A DNA stretch of 64,000 bases from an uncultured delta proteobacterium (GCA_963845515.1 CAWJSR010000055.1:64001-128000), one strand, 5' to 3'; shown: positions 1 through 9,927, numbered from the stretch's first letter. Numbers and translations are program-made. Notes: a model not told the origin generated them from the sequence alone.

Positions 1-2203
1 GATCCCGCCGGCCTCACGTCCGTGGCACTCCTTGCAGTTGTCGGTGCTGTCTGCCCCACCCCAGGTGACCGACACGTACCCCGGCGTCTCCGTCCCGTCC
101 GAGTGGCAGTAGTTCGCCGCGCAGGAGTTCCCTGCGAACGTCGTGGTGCCCGTGTCGACCGCACCATCCACGTGCTTCGTCTTGTCTGTGATCACGCCGT
201 TGGAGGCGTCGACGATCGCATGGCACGTCAGGCAGTTGTACGTGGTGTTCTTGTAGGCGGTCGCGTCGGCGACGTGCAGCGCGTGCGACCCGCTCGACAA
301 GGTGGTGGCGTCGTCGTGGCAGCCCACGCAACCGAACGTGGCCACCGCAGAGAACGACGGCGCCGGCACGGTGCCCGGCGTCGCGGGGGTCGGGTTGTGG
401 CAGTAGGTGCTGGTGCAGGTCGGGTAGCTCCAGGTCGGGGCGCGCGCGCCTCCGTCCGACGCGATCGTGCCGAACACGACCTGCGCCTCCTCGGTGCCGG
501 CGGTCGCAGCGTGCGCGTTCGGGATGGGGTGGCACTCCGCGCAGCCCATGGGCGAGGCGACGGTGGTCGCGTCGTTCACGTGGGTCTGGTGGACGCCCAC
601 GCCGCGGACGGAGACGGCGTCGGAGGTCGTGCCGCCGTAGGACTTGGGCGGGGCCAGCTTCGCGTCGGCGCTGGCGCCGGTGACGAGCACCCGCGAGACG
701 TTGCCGTGACAGTCGGTGCAGGCCGTCCCCTGGGAGATCCCGTCGATGTGCGTGATCTTCGCCGACGCGGAGAGGGGGACGGTGTAGCCGGGGTGGCAGA
801 GCACGCAGCCGGTCGGCGTGGAGAGCGGGTGCGCGGCGCCGGAGTGGAGGAGCGTCGGCGGGCTGCCGTGGCAGCTGCCGCAGGTGAGCGTCGCGGGGGT
901 GTTCCACTTGACGGTGAGCTTGGTGGCGGGCGAGCCGTCGGCCATCGTCGCGCCGTGGCAGTAGTTGGTGCAGGTCGGGTTGCTCACCCAGCCCGCGGTC
1001 GTGACGCCGGCCGCGGGCGAGACCGTCGCACCGTCGGCCCTGGTGATCGTCCCCCAGTTCAGGTCGATGTCGTTGTCCCCGTGGCCGTAGTTCAGGTGGC
1101 ACTCGGCGCAGGTCAGCGCGTCCCGCCGGTAGGTGTCCGCGTTGACGTGATCGAGGTGGACACCGCCGTTCAGGACCTTGGGGGCGGTCGTCGTCGGCGC
1201 GGTGGGAGGCGAGTAGGTCAGGTATGCGTCCGTCGCCCCGGAGATGGCGGAGGCGCGGCCGCCCGCGGCACCGTGGCAACCGGCGCAGTCGACGTTGAAG
1301 CCCTTCTTGTGCGAGTGGCAGGCGGCGCAGTTCTTCGAGCTCGTTCCCGCTGTGGGAGGTGAGCGTGCCGTTGCTGCGGAAGACTGCGGTCCGCGTGTGG
1401 CAAACCTGGCACGGGCCGCTGCCGTCACCGTTTGCGAAGGAGGCCGCGGAAGGGTACCCGACGCCGCCGTTGGAGACGTATCCACGGCGGGTGGAGAAGC
1501 GGACCTGGGCCGGCGGGAGTGCCTGGTACACGTTCGGCGGGTCGATCTGGGTCGCGATGAGGGAGGCGTTGGTGGTGTCGTGGGGCTGGTGGCAGGTGCG
1601 GCAGCCGGCGTACCAGGAGCCGTACTTCTCGGGACCCGTCGCTTCCGAGGAGTGGGACTGGTGGGCGTGGCAGTCGCTGCAGAGCTGGCCGCCGTTGTCA
1701 CGGACCAGCAGCTTGCCGTCGCCCCGCTTCTGGTTGCCCCCAATCCCCGCGTAGTTCGTCGTTACCGCGACCGGCCCCGACCAGACCACGTCGAGCGCCG
1801 TGCCGTTCGTCCCCGACGCCTGGAGCGTGTAACTCTGGCCGGAGGTGAGCTGACTCGTCGTCAGCCTTCCTTCCCAGATCCCCGAGTCGGTCGCCGTACC
1901 GTACTTGAGGTTCTGAGTCAGTGGGATCGAGCCGGTGCCCGCCCCCTGCCACTCGAGCGTCACCGCGCCGATGGCCTGCGTCGCCCCGCCGGCCGTCTTC
2001 GGGCTGAAGACGCGCACTTGCACGCGCAGGGGTAGCGTGATCGCCCCGGGGCCCGGGTTCACGATCCCGATGACCACCTTCCGGTTGTTCGCGGTCGGGT
2101 CGCCCTCCGGGTGAACCGCGGCGGCAGCGATCCCCGCGGCCAATGCCATGATCCCCAGGGCGGCGAAGCGCGCGAAGATGCGAACGTTCTTGCGGGAGCT
2201 CAT
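1..2203 (-). CDS. Giant multiheme c-type cytochrome (Geobacter CxxxxCH...CxxCH-type repeats), runs off the left edge; one frameshift near 1347
   Basis: ATG at 2203 with GAGGAG-type RBS and signal peptide (MSSRKNVRIFARFAALGIMALAAGIAAA). CSDCH, CRTCH, CQVCH in the ORF; removing one base at ~1347 restores CAACH, CAGCH, CAECH, CTNYCH, CGSCH, CVLCH, CTDCH, CAECH, CTSTYCH, CVGCH, CLTCH, CAANYCH, CKECH to the edge. Shares the GDGxLLVRDNxxQLCSDCH...KYGSW module with 21176-28921. Confidence 0.9.
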
Positions 2204-2245
2204 CGACTCTCTCTCCTCAAACCTTGTCGTCGGCACTGGCTGTCG

Positions 2246-3406
2246 CTACCGCGCGTCCCTGCTGAGGGAGTTCGAATCGGCGTTGTGGACGCGATGGCAT
2301 GTCGTGCACCGCACGAGCCCGCCATCCAGGACGAGATCGTTGGTGGCGTTCCGCTGCCCGTCTTCGGCGTCGCTCGCAGAGGTCCCCAGCTTACCCTCGA
2401 GGTCGGTGGTCGCCGTCCCATCCGCGTCGAGCACCGTCCCACGGTCGGAGTTCAACCCGTTCGCGTTCAGCCCGACGTTGACGGGGTGGCTGAACTTCCG
2501 GACCCCGTTCGGTCGGTAGTAGCGATCGTCGCCTCGCGCGCGGACATGGTTCATCACGCGCTCCTTGTGGCAACTGAAGCAGATGTCGTCGTTGACGTTC
2601 GTGACCCTGAGGAACGGATAGCCGACGTAGAAGTCCCAGAGGTCGCCGACCGCGGCTCCAGCCGTCCACTTCACCTTGATCCCTGCGATGTCCAGGTCGA
2701 CGTCAGTGTTGTTGACGTACTTCTTCCCTTGGCCTCCTGACGTACCGGGAATCCAGGCGGTGCCGTTCCAGTTGAGCCAGCTCTCCGCGTTCCAGCCGTA
2801 GTCGTGGGACAGGATGAAATACCCCTCCCCCCTTGCCACGTCGACACTCTGGATCTGCAGCCGGAAGCCCTCGGCGTTCGATCCGGGAGCTGCCGTCAGC
2901 GTCAACGTTGCGCTGCCGGAGCCGGACGTCGCGGCCTGGCCAACGCCAACCGGAATCGAGGTATGCATTGACCCGGGCTTGAGTCCAGCCGGCGCATCGT
3001 GCGCGTTGTGACAGACCACGCACTGGAGGTTGCCGGCGCTCCATACATAGTCGTCGGCGAATCCTCCGACGATCTGCGCGCCGTGCGCCGGGCTGGCCCC
3101 CGGCTTGCTCCAGCTGTGGCTGGTGCCGGTCGTCCCCGGAACCGCCTCGTCCGTGGCCGGGACCCACGGCGCGCCGAAAGCCTGCCCGGACTGGTTGTGG
3201 CAGTCGAGGCAGGCAGTGCTGAGGGTGTACGTGGTCTCCGTGCGTACCGCGAGGCTATGGCAGAAGTAGCACGCCTGCTCGCCATTCGCGGTCTTGTCGT
3301 GGGGAGGGAAGAGCCGCTCCGGAGTCACCAGTGAGTGAGCCACCGCCGGCGCAAGGAGAGCGACCAGCACCGCGCCTATCGCCGTGCCTACCAGGAAGCT
3401 GCGCAT
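2246..3406 (-). CDS. Secreted pentaheme c-type cytochrome
   Basis: Signal peptide; CYFCH, CLDCH, CVVCH, CFSCH, CTTCH; ends HNADSNSLSRDAR; paralog of 29049-30143. Confidence 0.9.
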   Translation of the reverse strand: MRSFLVGTAIGAVLVALLAPAVAHSLVTPERLFPPHDKTANGEQACYFCHSLAVRTETTYTLSTACLDCHNQSGQAFGAPWVPATDEAVPGTTGTSHSWSKPGASPAHGAQIVGGFADDYVWSAGNLQCVVCHNAHDAPAGLKPGSMHTSIPVGVGQAATSGSGSATLTLTAAPGSNAEGFRLQIQSVDVARGEGYFILSHDYGWNAESWLNWNGTAWIPGTSGGQGKKYVNNTDVDLDIAGIKVKWTAGAAVGDLWDFYVGYPFLRVTNVNDDICFSCHKERVMNHVRARGDDRYYRPNGVRKFSHPVNVGLNANGLNSDRGTVLDADGTATTDLEGKLGTSASDAEDGQRNATNDLVLDGGLVRCTTCHRVHNADSNSLSRDAR

Positions 3407-3408
3407 CC

Positions 3409-5895
3409 CTATTCCTCCGCCTCGTCGCCCACCACGGCGACGCTCACCCGGGCCGGTGCGCTCCGCACCAGACCGTCATCCACCTCGAGCTCGAACTCGT
3501 ACGTCCCCGCCGACTTCGGTCTGAAGGTCGCCACCGACGTCCCCTCGATTACCGTCCACGGCCCACCCACCTGCGCCCACCGGTACCCCTTCGCTCCGGT
3601 CGACCCCCGCGCGTCCAGGGAGACCCGCGCCCCCGTCACCACCGTTGCGGGCCCGCTCACCTTCGCGAACGGGATCGGCTTCCCGTCCTTCCTCGCCTCC
3701 ACTCGGACCCGCATCGGCGCACCCACCCCAGCACCGTCCTTCACCGTCAGCTCGAACTCGTACGACCCAGGCTCGAACAGGTACGCCGTCGCCATCGCGC
3801 GATCCGCCGACCCGACCCCGGTCGCCGGCCCCGACACCTGCCGCCACGCGTACTCCGCGCTCCCGCTAGACGACGTGCTACCCGCGCCGTCCAGCGTCGC
3901 CTCCGTCCCCACCGCAGCCACGGCAGGGGCCTTCGCCACCGCCACCGGCAGCGCGCCGTCAGCCGCCGCCACGTAGACCTCCACTCGACCGGGCGGCGAC
4001 TGGATCCCGGCCTTGGTGACGGTGACCTCGAAGGTGTAGCGACCGGCCTCGCTCGCCTCGAAGCTGGCGGCGGCGAGTCCGTCGCCAACGACTGGAACCT
4101 GGGGACCGGCCACCTGGCGCCAGGAGTAACCCGCGGCGCCGGCGACGATGCTAGCCGTCGCGTCGAGCGCTATCCGCCCTCCTACCTTCCCGACCACCGG
4201 CGTCGCGACCACCGCGACCGGCACCTTCTGCTTCCCCACCACCACGACGCTCGACTCAACCGCGTCGCCGAGCTTCGACGGGTCCGTGACCGTTGCCCTG
4301 AAGTCGTGGGTCCCTGGAGCCGAGAACGTCGCCGTCAGCGCGCTCGTGGTCTCCCCGCCCGTCACGACAGGGCCGGTGAGCTGCTCCCAAGCGTGCGCCA
4401 GCGGGTCGCCGTTGGCGTCATCGGACCGCCCCGCATCGAGCGTGACCGCCGCGCCGCCCTCGACCACCTGCACCCTCGTCGCGACCGCCATGGGCGAGAC
4501 GTTGACGACGTTCGCCGTGACCTCGATGGGATCCGACTTCACCCCGCCGCACGTCGCCACGACGGTGAAGTGGTACGCACCCTTGCGCGCCGGGAAGGTC
4601 GGCGCGAACCCCTCCGCCTTCCTCAACGCGACCGTCCTCTCGTCCTCCGGCGCCTGGGTCCACTGAGCAGTGCACTTCGACGGGTCGGGGATCTCCGTCA
4701 CCGTCGCCGACAGCCTCACCAGGCCGGGTACGAACTCCGTCGCCCCGCTCGCCACCAGGACCGGCCTGACGTTCGGCGGACGCAACGGATCCGTTCCGTT
4801 CGCCACCTCCACCGCGTCCGACTCGCCGTCCCCGTCCGTGTCGACGTTCCCTGGTGCGGTCCCGAGCGCGTACTCCTCCAGGTTCACCAGCCCGTCCCCG
4901 TCCAGATCCTTCAGCGCGTCCTGCGCGCTCGTCGAGTCGAGCCCCACCTGACCCTCCCAGGCGTCGTTCATCCCATCGCAGTCGCCGTCCCCAACGCACT
5001 CCGGCAGCGGCCTCCCGTCCCCGAAACGATCGATCCGACTCGCGAGGAGGTTCGCGACCAGCAGGTCGCCGTTCTCCATGACCGCCATCCCCGCAGGCTG
5101 CTCCAGCGTCCCGACGCCCGTCTGGGAGAGGCCGATCGTCTGCACTCGCGTGTCATCCGGGGCCACGACCTCGACCTTGTTGAGATTGAGATCCGCGACG
5201 AAGAGCTGACCGCCCGAGCCGACCAGCAGCGCCCCCGTCAGCTTCGCCGGGCCGACTCCGCTCGCGCCGATCACCTTCACGCGAGCTCCGCTCACCGGAT
5301 CCAGCCCGAAGATCATCCCCCCCGGGCTCTCGTGATCCTGAGCCACCCAGATGACTCCCGACGAGGCGTCCACCGCCACGTCCACCAGCCTGAACAACCC
5401 GCCCGTCCCCGATGGCCTGAACTCCGACACCAGCGAACCATCCACCGCGCGCGACTGGACCACCCCGGAGCTGAAGACGGACCAGACAACGCCTCGCGCT
5501 GCGTCCCAGGACATCCCCGTAGGACTGACGCCCAGCCCCAGATGCACCTTCCCCCCGAGCACCTTCCCGTTCCGTTCGTCCAGCACGACGAATTCAACGC
5601 GGTCGTTCACCGCGTAGATCTTCCCGCCCCCGGCCGTCACCGCCCTCACGCCGTTCAGGAGCGTCGCGACGAAGTCACCCCGCTTCGTCAGCAGGTTCAG
5701 CTGCCCCTTCGCGTCGATCACCACGAACTGCCCGCTGGAGGTAGCCGCCATGCGCCGAGGCCCGAAGATCTGCGCGCCGACGCTCCCCTGCAGAGTCGGG
5801 ACACCGACGGCACCGTCCGAAGCAGTGGCCTGGCCACACGTGAGGAGAACACACACCGGCAGCAGGATCGCGCGTCCGAGCGTTCCGGAGGTCAT
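3409..5895 (-). CDS. Secreted NHL-repeat beta-propeller + Ca-binding DxDxDG (TSP3-like) repeats + PKD-like Ig domains
   Basis: Signal peptide, NHL-like blades (P.G.A...NGDLLVAN), DGDCDG/DLDGDG/DTDGDG repeats, repeated LDAxxS...YxWxQVxGP...GxYxFELxV domains; paralog of 30161-33178. Confidence 0.85.
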   Translation of the reverse strand: MTSGTLGRAILLPVCVLLTCGQATASDGAVGVPTLQGSVGAQIFGPRRMAATSSGQFVVIDAKGQLNLLTKRGDFVATLLNGVRAVTAGGGKIYAVNDRVEFVVLDERNGKVLGGKVHLGLGVSPTGMSWDAARGVVWSVFSSGVVQSRAVDGSLVSEFRPSGTGGLFRLVDVAVDASSGVIWVAQDHESPGGMIFGLDPVSGARVKVIGASGVGPAKLTGALLVGSGGQLFVADLNLNKVEVVAPDDTRVQTIGLSQTGVGTLEQPAGMAVMENGDLLVANLLASRIDRFGDGRPLPECVGDGDCDGMNDAWEGQVGLDSTSAQDALKDLDGDGLVNLEEYALGTAPGNVDTDGDGESDAVEVANGTDPLRPPNVRPVLVASGATEFVPGLVRLSATVTEIPDPSKCTAQWTQAPEDERTVALRKAEGFAPTFPARKGAYHFTVVATCGGVKSDPIEVTANVVNVSPMAVATRVQVVEGGAAVTLDAGRSDDANGDPLAHAWEQLTGPVVTGGETTSALTATFSAPGTHDFRATVTDPSKLGDAVESSVVVVGKQKVPVAVVATPVVGKVGGRIALDATASIVAGAAGYSWRQVAGPQVPVVGDGLAAASFEASEAGRYTFEVTVTKAGIQSPPGRVEVYVAAADGALPVAVAKAPAVAAVGTEATLDGAGSTSSSGSAEYAWRQVSGPATGVGSADRAMATAYLFEPGSYEFELTVKDGAGVGAPMRVRVEARKDGKPIPFAKVSGPATVVTGARVSLDARGSTGAKGYRWAQVGGPWTVIEGTSVATFRPKSAGTYEFELEVDDGLVRSAPARVSVAVVGDEAEE

Positions 5896-5909
5896 GGGGA
5901 GGCGCAGGA

Positions 5910-5925
5910 TGCAAGACCCGATCCC
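5910..5925 (-). promoter_or_regulatory. Putative sigma54 (-24/-12) promoter of cassette 1
   Basis: Minus strand GGGATCGGGTCTTGCA = GG-N10-GC; near-identical element upstream of the paralogous cassette (33191-33206). Confidence 0.55.
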
Positions 5926-6030
5926 GCAAAAACCGCTGCCGTTTCAAGTAGATTGGCAGTGCTAACGAGACGTTTGCGGCTTTGGAGCCGGTCCCGCGAC
6001 CGCGAGCTTCACTGAAGGTACAGGCAAGTT

Positions 6031-6068
6031 GGTGAAATCCCCCATGACGCCGGAGAAATGCCCCACCC
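6031..6068. promoter_or_regulatory. Tandem putative activator-binding sites (upstream activator sequence)
   Basis: GGTGAAATCCCCCA...AAATGCCCCACCC matches GGTGAAATACCCCA...GATACCCCACCC at 33316-33352; both ~110 nt upstream of the -24 element. Confidence 0.55.
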
Positions 6069-6194
6069 AACGCGTCAGCGTGCTCCGTCAGGGTTATCCT
6101 TCAGGCGCCGCCGTAGGCCCTGCACCCACCGCTGCGCCAACCCCCGGCCCCCTCTGCCCGCTTCTTCTCGCGCAGCGCCGGAGCGCCATCCCTC

Positions 6195-7709
6195 TCACTT
6201 CGGGGATCCGACCTCTGCGAGCATCCTGCGGACCGACTCGGGCAGCTGGCCTCCGCCGGCCCCGTGCTGCATCTTCGGCATCCTGGTGCCGAGGTGGCCA
6301 AAGTACTTACCGTAGGACTTCATCATCTCTTCGAAGGCGCTCAGCATGTAGCGCCGCTTGAAGCCCTCGGGGAGCGCCAGGACCTCCGGGAGCTTCTTCG
6401 CGTAGAAGGTCATGTAGCAGCGCCCAAGCGCGACCGAGACGTCCTCCAGGCTCATCGCGTAGGGCTCGATGATCGGCGTCGCGAGGTTGTACCTGGAGTA
6501 GTCGTGGACGCGCACCCGATCCTTCAGCTGCTCGTAGATCGGCGTGAACGGCATCGGCGTCAGCACCGGGAAGACGGCGACGTCAGGGTTCAGCCGGATC
6601 GCCACCTCGATGGTCCTGTCGATCGACTCCTGGGTCTCCGTCGGGTGACCGATCATGAAGGACGCCTCGGTGATGAGGTCGTTCTCCCGGGCGAGCTGGA
6701 GCGCCTTCGCGTTGGTGCTGACGCTGGTCCCCTTGTTGAGGCTCACCAGCAGCTCGTCGGTGCTCCCCTCCGCCCCGAGGTAGAGGTGGACGATCCCCGC
6801 CTCCCGGTACTTGTGGAGGATGTCGGCGTCCCGGACGATGTCCTCGACCCGCGTCTCCATGAGCAGCATGACGCCCAGCTTCGTCTCGATCAGCAGATCG
6901 AGCAGCCGCTCCCAGCGCGCCCGGTCGCTCGTCGGATACGGGTCGATCATCGTGATCGCCTCGACGCCGTACTTCTCCACGAGCAACCGCATCTCGGCGA
7001 CCGAGTCCTCCGGGCTCCGCGCGCGCCAGTCGCCGCGCCAGAAGGCCCGGTGGCTGCAGAAGGAGCAGCCCATCATGCAGCCGCGCGACGTGAGGACCGA
7101 GGCCATCCGGCCATAGGGCGCGATGTGGTACCGGTAGAGGCTCCAGTCGAGCAGGTGCCAGGCCGGCTTCAGCGCGTCGAGGTCGGCGAGGTGCTGGCGC
7201 AGCTCGGTGGCCACCACGTCGCCGCCGCGCCGGAACGCGAGCCCCTTCACGCCCTCGAACCGTTCCCCCGGCAGGGCGTCCAGGAGCTCGGCGAGGGTCT
7301 CCTCCGCCTCGCCACGGAGGACGAAGTCCACGCGCTGGTCCCGATCCCGGAGCAGTTCCTCGTGCCTGAAGGTCGGGAACGGCCCGCCCATGATCGTCCG
7401 GATGGCGGGGTCCACGTCCTTCGCTATCCCCAGGGCCCGCAGCGCGTTGGGGACGATGGCCGTGCTGATGGCGCCGGTCACCGGGAGGTAGTCCCAGGCG
7501 ACCACCACGTCCGGCCTGACCCGCTCGACCTCGGCCCGGATCGACTCGAAGGTCCCGCCCTCCATGTTCATCGCGTCGAAGATCCGGGCCTCGTGGCCCG
7601 CCGCCTCCGCCGCCCCGGCGAGATAGGCGATCTGGAGTGGCGGCCAGCTGCCGATCGCTTCCACGCCCCAGTAGTTGTAAGGCGGGACGACGAACAGGAT
7701 CTTGCTCAC
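6195..7709 (-). CDS. Cobalamin-dependent radical SAM enzyme, BchE-like
   Basis: Probable GTG start at 7709 with GAGGT RBS; B12-binding N-domain (GSWPPLQIAYLAG...FDAM), SRGCMMGCSFC, ETRVEDIVRD, TPMPFTP, YNLATPIIEP resemble BchE motifs as I recall them. Confidence 0.85.
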   Translation of the reverse strand: MSKILFVVPPYNYWGVEAIGSWPPLQIAYLAGAAEAAGHEARIFDAMNMEGGTFESIRAEVERVRPDVVVAWDYLPVTGAISTAIVPNALRALGIAKDVDPAIRTIMGGPFPTFRHEELLRDRDQRVDFVLRGEAEETLAELLDALPGERFEGVKGLAFRRGGDVVATELRQHLADLDALKPAWHLLDWSLYRYHIAPYGRMASVLTSRGCMMGCSFCSHRAFWRGDWRARSPEDSVAEMRLLVEKYGVEAITMIDPYPTSDRARWERLLDLLIETKLGVMLLMETRVEDIVRDADILHKYREAGIVHLYLGAEGSTDELLVSLNKGTSVSTNAKALQLARENDLITEASFMIGHPTETQESIDRTIEVAIRLNPDVAVFPVLTPMPFTPIYEQLKDRVRVHDYSRYNLATPIIEPYAMSLEDVSVALGRCYMTFYAKKLPEVLALPEGFKRRYMLSAFEEMMKSYGKYFGHLGTRMPKMQHGAGGGQLPESVRRMLAEVGSPK

Positions 7710-7895
7710 GGAACGGACCTCATGCTCGAACCGGAATGCCCTGGGCAGCGTGCGGCAGAATACCACCGCTCGGCACACACCGCCGAGTCGGGCCCGGACG
7801 AATCCCAAGGGTTACGTGGGCCTGCGCATGTGGACCCGACGAGGCCGGATTCGGCCACGCCGGGCTGCTCTCGCGGCCCTTCCGACCCCGTCAGC

Positions 7896-9305
7896 TCACG
7901 CGGCGCCTTCGCTCCGCTCGTACGCCCCACGTGCCACCACGTCCCCCGGGTAGGCGACGTAGAGCGGCCCCCAGGACGGGTTCCTGTCGTGCATGGTCTT
8001 GAGCCCCGCCAGCATCCGCTGCATGAGCCGTCCGACGTCCGCCTCCGCCTGGAGGGCCTCGGTCACGGCTGCCGCGACGACGTGGGCGGCGTAGATCCCC
8101 GGCCCGTACCTCGCCGGGAGAGGCTTCGCCGACCGGAGGGGCTCCCGCAGCGCCATGACGATCTCCTCGTCCCCGTCGCGCCAGTCCTGGATCTCGCCGA
8201 GCGCGTGGTGCTCCAGCGCGGCCAGCTTCTCCCCGACGATGGTCTTCGCCACGACGGCTGCCGACCGCTTCGCCACCGTGACCGTCACGGGCGTGCTGCC
8301 GAGCCTCACCTGGCCGAGATCGCGGTCGGTCTCGTGCTCGAGGAGCGCTGCCCACCTCGCGGCCCCGTCGAAGGAGAGCAGTCGAACCGTCTCCGCACCG
8401 AGCCAGCCGCGGAGGATGTCCGCGGGGTGCGGGTCGTCCTTGGAGCCCACGTTCCTGAGCTGTGCCCTCCCCCGGTGCGCGCCGTTCAGCGCCCTGAAGT
8501 AGCCGATCAACCCGACCGCCGCGGCCGGCCCCATGTTCAGGATCCCCAGGACGTCCGACGCCGACTCGTCCAGCCGGGCCGCCCAGTAGTCCGCGATGAC
8601 CACCCCTAGCTTCGCGGCCGTGAGCCTCTCGCGGACCGCGCGCACCAGCTCGTCGTGGAGGCCGTCGTCGGCTGCGAGGATGTCGTGGCCGGCCGTCTCG
8701 TGCGCGAGCGCCGACCAGGCGAGCAGCCCTTCGCGCGCGTTGGCCGTTGGGAGGCTGACGATCGGCGCCTTCACCTCGAAGGAGGCGGTCGCGGTGACCG
8801 GCCAGGTGTACGGCCCCGCGTCGGCGTCGCCCCAGCGGACGAGCGGCGGGAGGACGCCGCGGTCGGGCGCCTTCACGCCGCGTCGATCCTCTGCGGAGAG
8901 GAAGCCGTCGTAGAGGTCGCTCACGACCTCCTGGAAGCCGTCGGTCGCGAGCTCACGGTAGCCCTCCCCGTTCTGCAGGATGCACTGCGCGATGTCGAAC
9001 ATGAGCCGCGCCGTCCCCTCGCGATCCGGATCCTCGCCGAGCACCTGCTCGAAGCCGCTGACGCCGAGGCCGTCGAGCGTCCGGACGAAGGGCTCGTGCA
9101 CCGACTTCAGGTAGAGCGGCGGCACCTTCCTGCGGGCCGCGTCGAGGCGCGCGCGGAGCGTCACGAAGTCCGAGGGGTCGGGGGGACCGTTCTCACGCGA
9201 GAGCGCTGCGGAGCGGGCGTCCTCGATGCATGCGGGGAGGTTGTCGAGCGCCGGCTGGACGACAGGCCGCGGCTGCTTCGTTCGAGCTGCTGGCTTCGAT
9301 GGCAT
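7896..9305 (-). CDS. Hypothetical protein with a HExxxH (LAHETAGHD) motif, possibly metal-binding or zincin-like
   Basis: 469-aa ORF with native codon usage and GGAG RBS; AHETAGH and DPHP motifs; no family recognised. Confidence 0.7.
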   Translation of the reverse strand: MPSKPAARTKQPRPVVQPALDNLPACIEDARSAALSRENGPPDPSDFVTLRARLDAARRKVPPLYLKSVHEPFVRTLDGLGVSGFEQVLGEDPDREGTARLMFDIAQCILQNGEGYRELATDGFQEVVSDLYDGFLSAEDRRGVKAPDRGVLPPLVRWGDADAGPYTWPVTATASFEVKAPIVSLPTANAREGLLAWSALAHETAGHDILAADDGLHDELVRAVRERLTAAKLGVVIADYWAARLDESASDVLGILNMGPAAAVGLIGYFRALNGAHRGRAQLRNVGSKDDPHPADILRGWLGAETVRLLSFDGAARWAALLEHETDRDLGQVRLGSTPVTVTVAKRSAAVVAKTIVGEKLAALEHHALGEIQDWRDGDEEIVMALREPLRSAKPLPARYGPGIYAAHVVAAAVTEALQAEADVGRLMQRMLAGLKTMHDRNPSWGPLYVAYPGDVVARGAYERSEGAA

Positions 9306-9415
9306 GCGTGAGCTCCCTCACTCCGAGTGGGCTCCGTGATGCCATACATTCACTCATCGTCCACCAACCCTCTAGGGGCGTGCGGCGCGCCAGCCCCGTG
9401 CTACGGTGCCATCGC

Positions 9416-9769
9416 ATGAAGGAGAAGCTCACCATCCTCAACGCCTTCGTCCACGACGTGGCGACCGGGACGTGGATCGGGACGCTGGTGCTCCTGACGA
9501 TCCTCCATCAGGAGACCCGGAAGCCGGCCTGGTTCCTCGCCGGCCCGCTGGTCCCCGGGCTCGAACGGAAGTTCCTCGTCCTCACCTGGGTGAGCCTCGG
9601 CCTCATCGTGGCGACGGGCGTCGTCAGGATGGTGACGTGGAAGGTCTTCGGCTGGACCGGCGACATGGAGCGCGACCGGATCCAGCTCCTGAAGATCAAG
9701 CACGCGCTGCTGGGGATCGTCTTCGCAGCGGGGACCGTCTGGCAGGTCCTGCTGGTCTACGGCTCATAG
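9416..9769 (+). CDS. Small 3-TM membrane protein (CopD-like), HDVAT...KH
   Basis: MKEKLTILNAFVHDVATG..., three hydrophobic helices; paralog of 33501-33893. Confidence 0.75.
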   Translation: MKEKLTILNAFVHDVATGTWIGTLVLLTILHQETRKPAWFLAGPLVPGLERKFLVLTWVSLGLIVATGVVRMVTWKVFGWTGDMERDRIQLLKIKHALLGIVFAAGTVWQVLLVYGS

Positions 9770-9927
9770 AACGTTCGGCAAGCGCCCGCTTGCCCGACTC
9801 CCGGTCGACTGCCCGATCCGCAGGCTCCCGATCTTCATGGCCGTTTTGACCCTCGCGGAGTCCGGGTGTTAGGGGAAATCCCGTACACCGGCTCGCGGCG
9901 GTCGCGGTCGCGAAGGAGAAGATCCAG

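Noticed and set aside
1340..1350. Programmed ribosomal frameshift or phase variation in the first cytochrome
   Set aside because: Only a 3-nt run, no slippery heptamer or long homopolymer; same character as the other scattered indels.
6195..7709. Calling this gene bchE and inferring photosynthesis
   Set aside because: No other bch/puf genes in the window; only family-level similarity is supportable.
9862..9889. Imperfect palindrome GGTGTTAGGGGAAATCCCGTACACC upstream of the LuxE-like gene as another copy of the activator box
   Set aside because: Only partial match (GAAATCCC), single copy, and no GG-N10-GC element at the matching distance; too weak to call.
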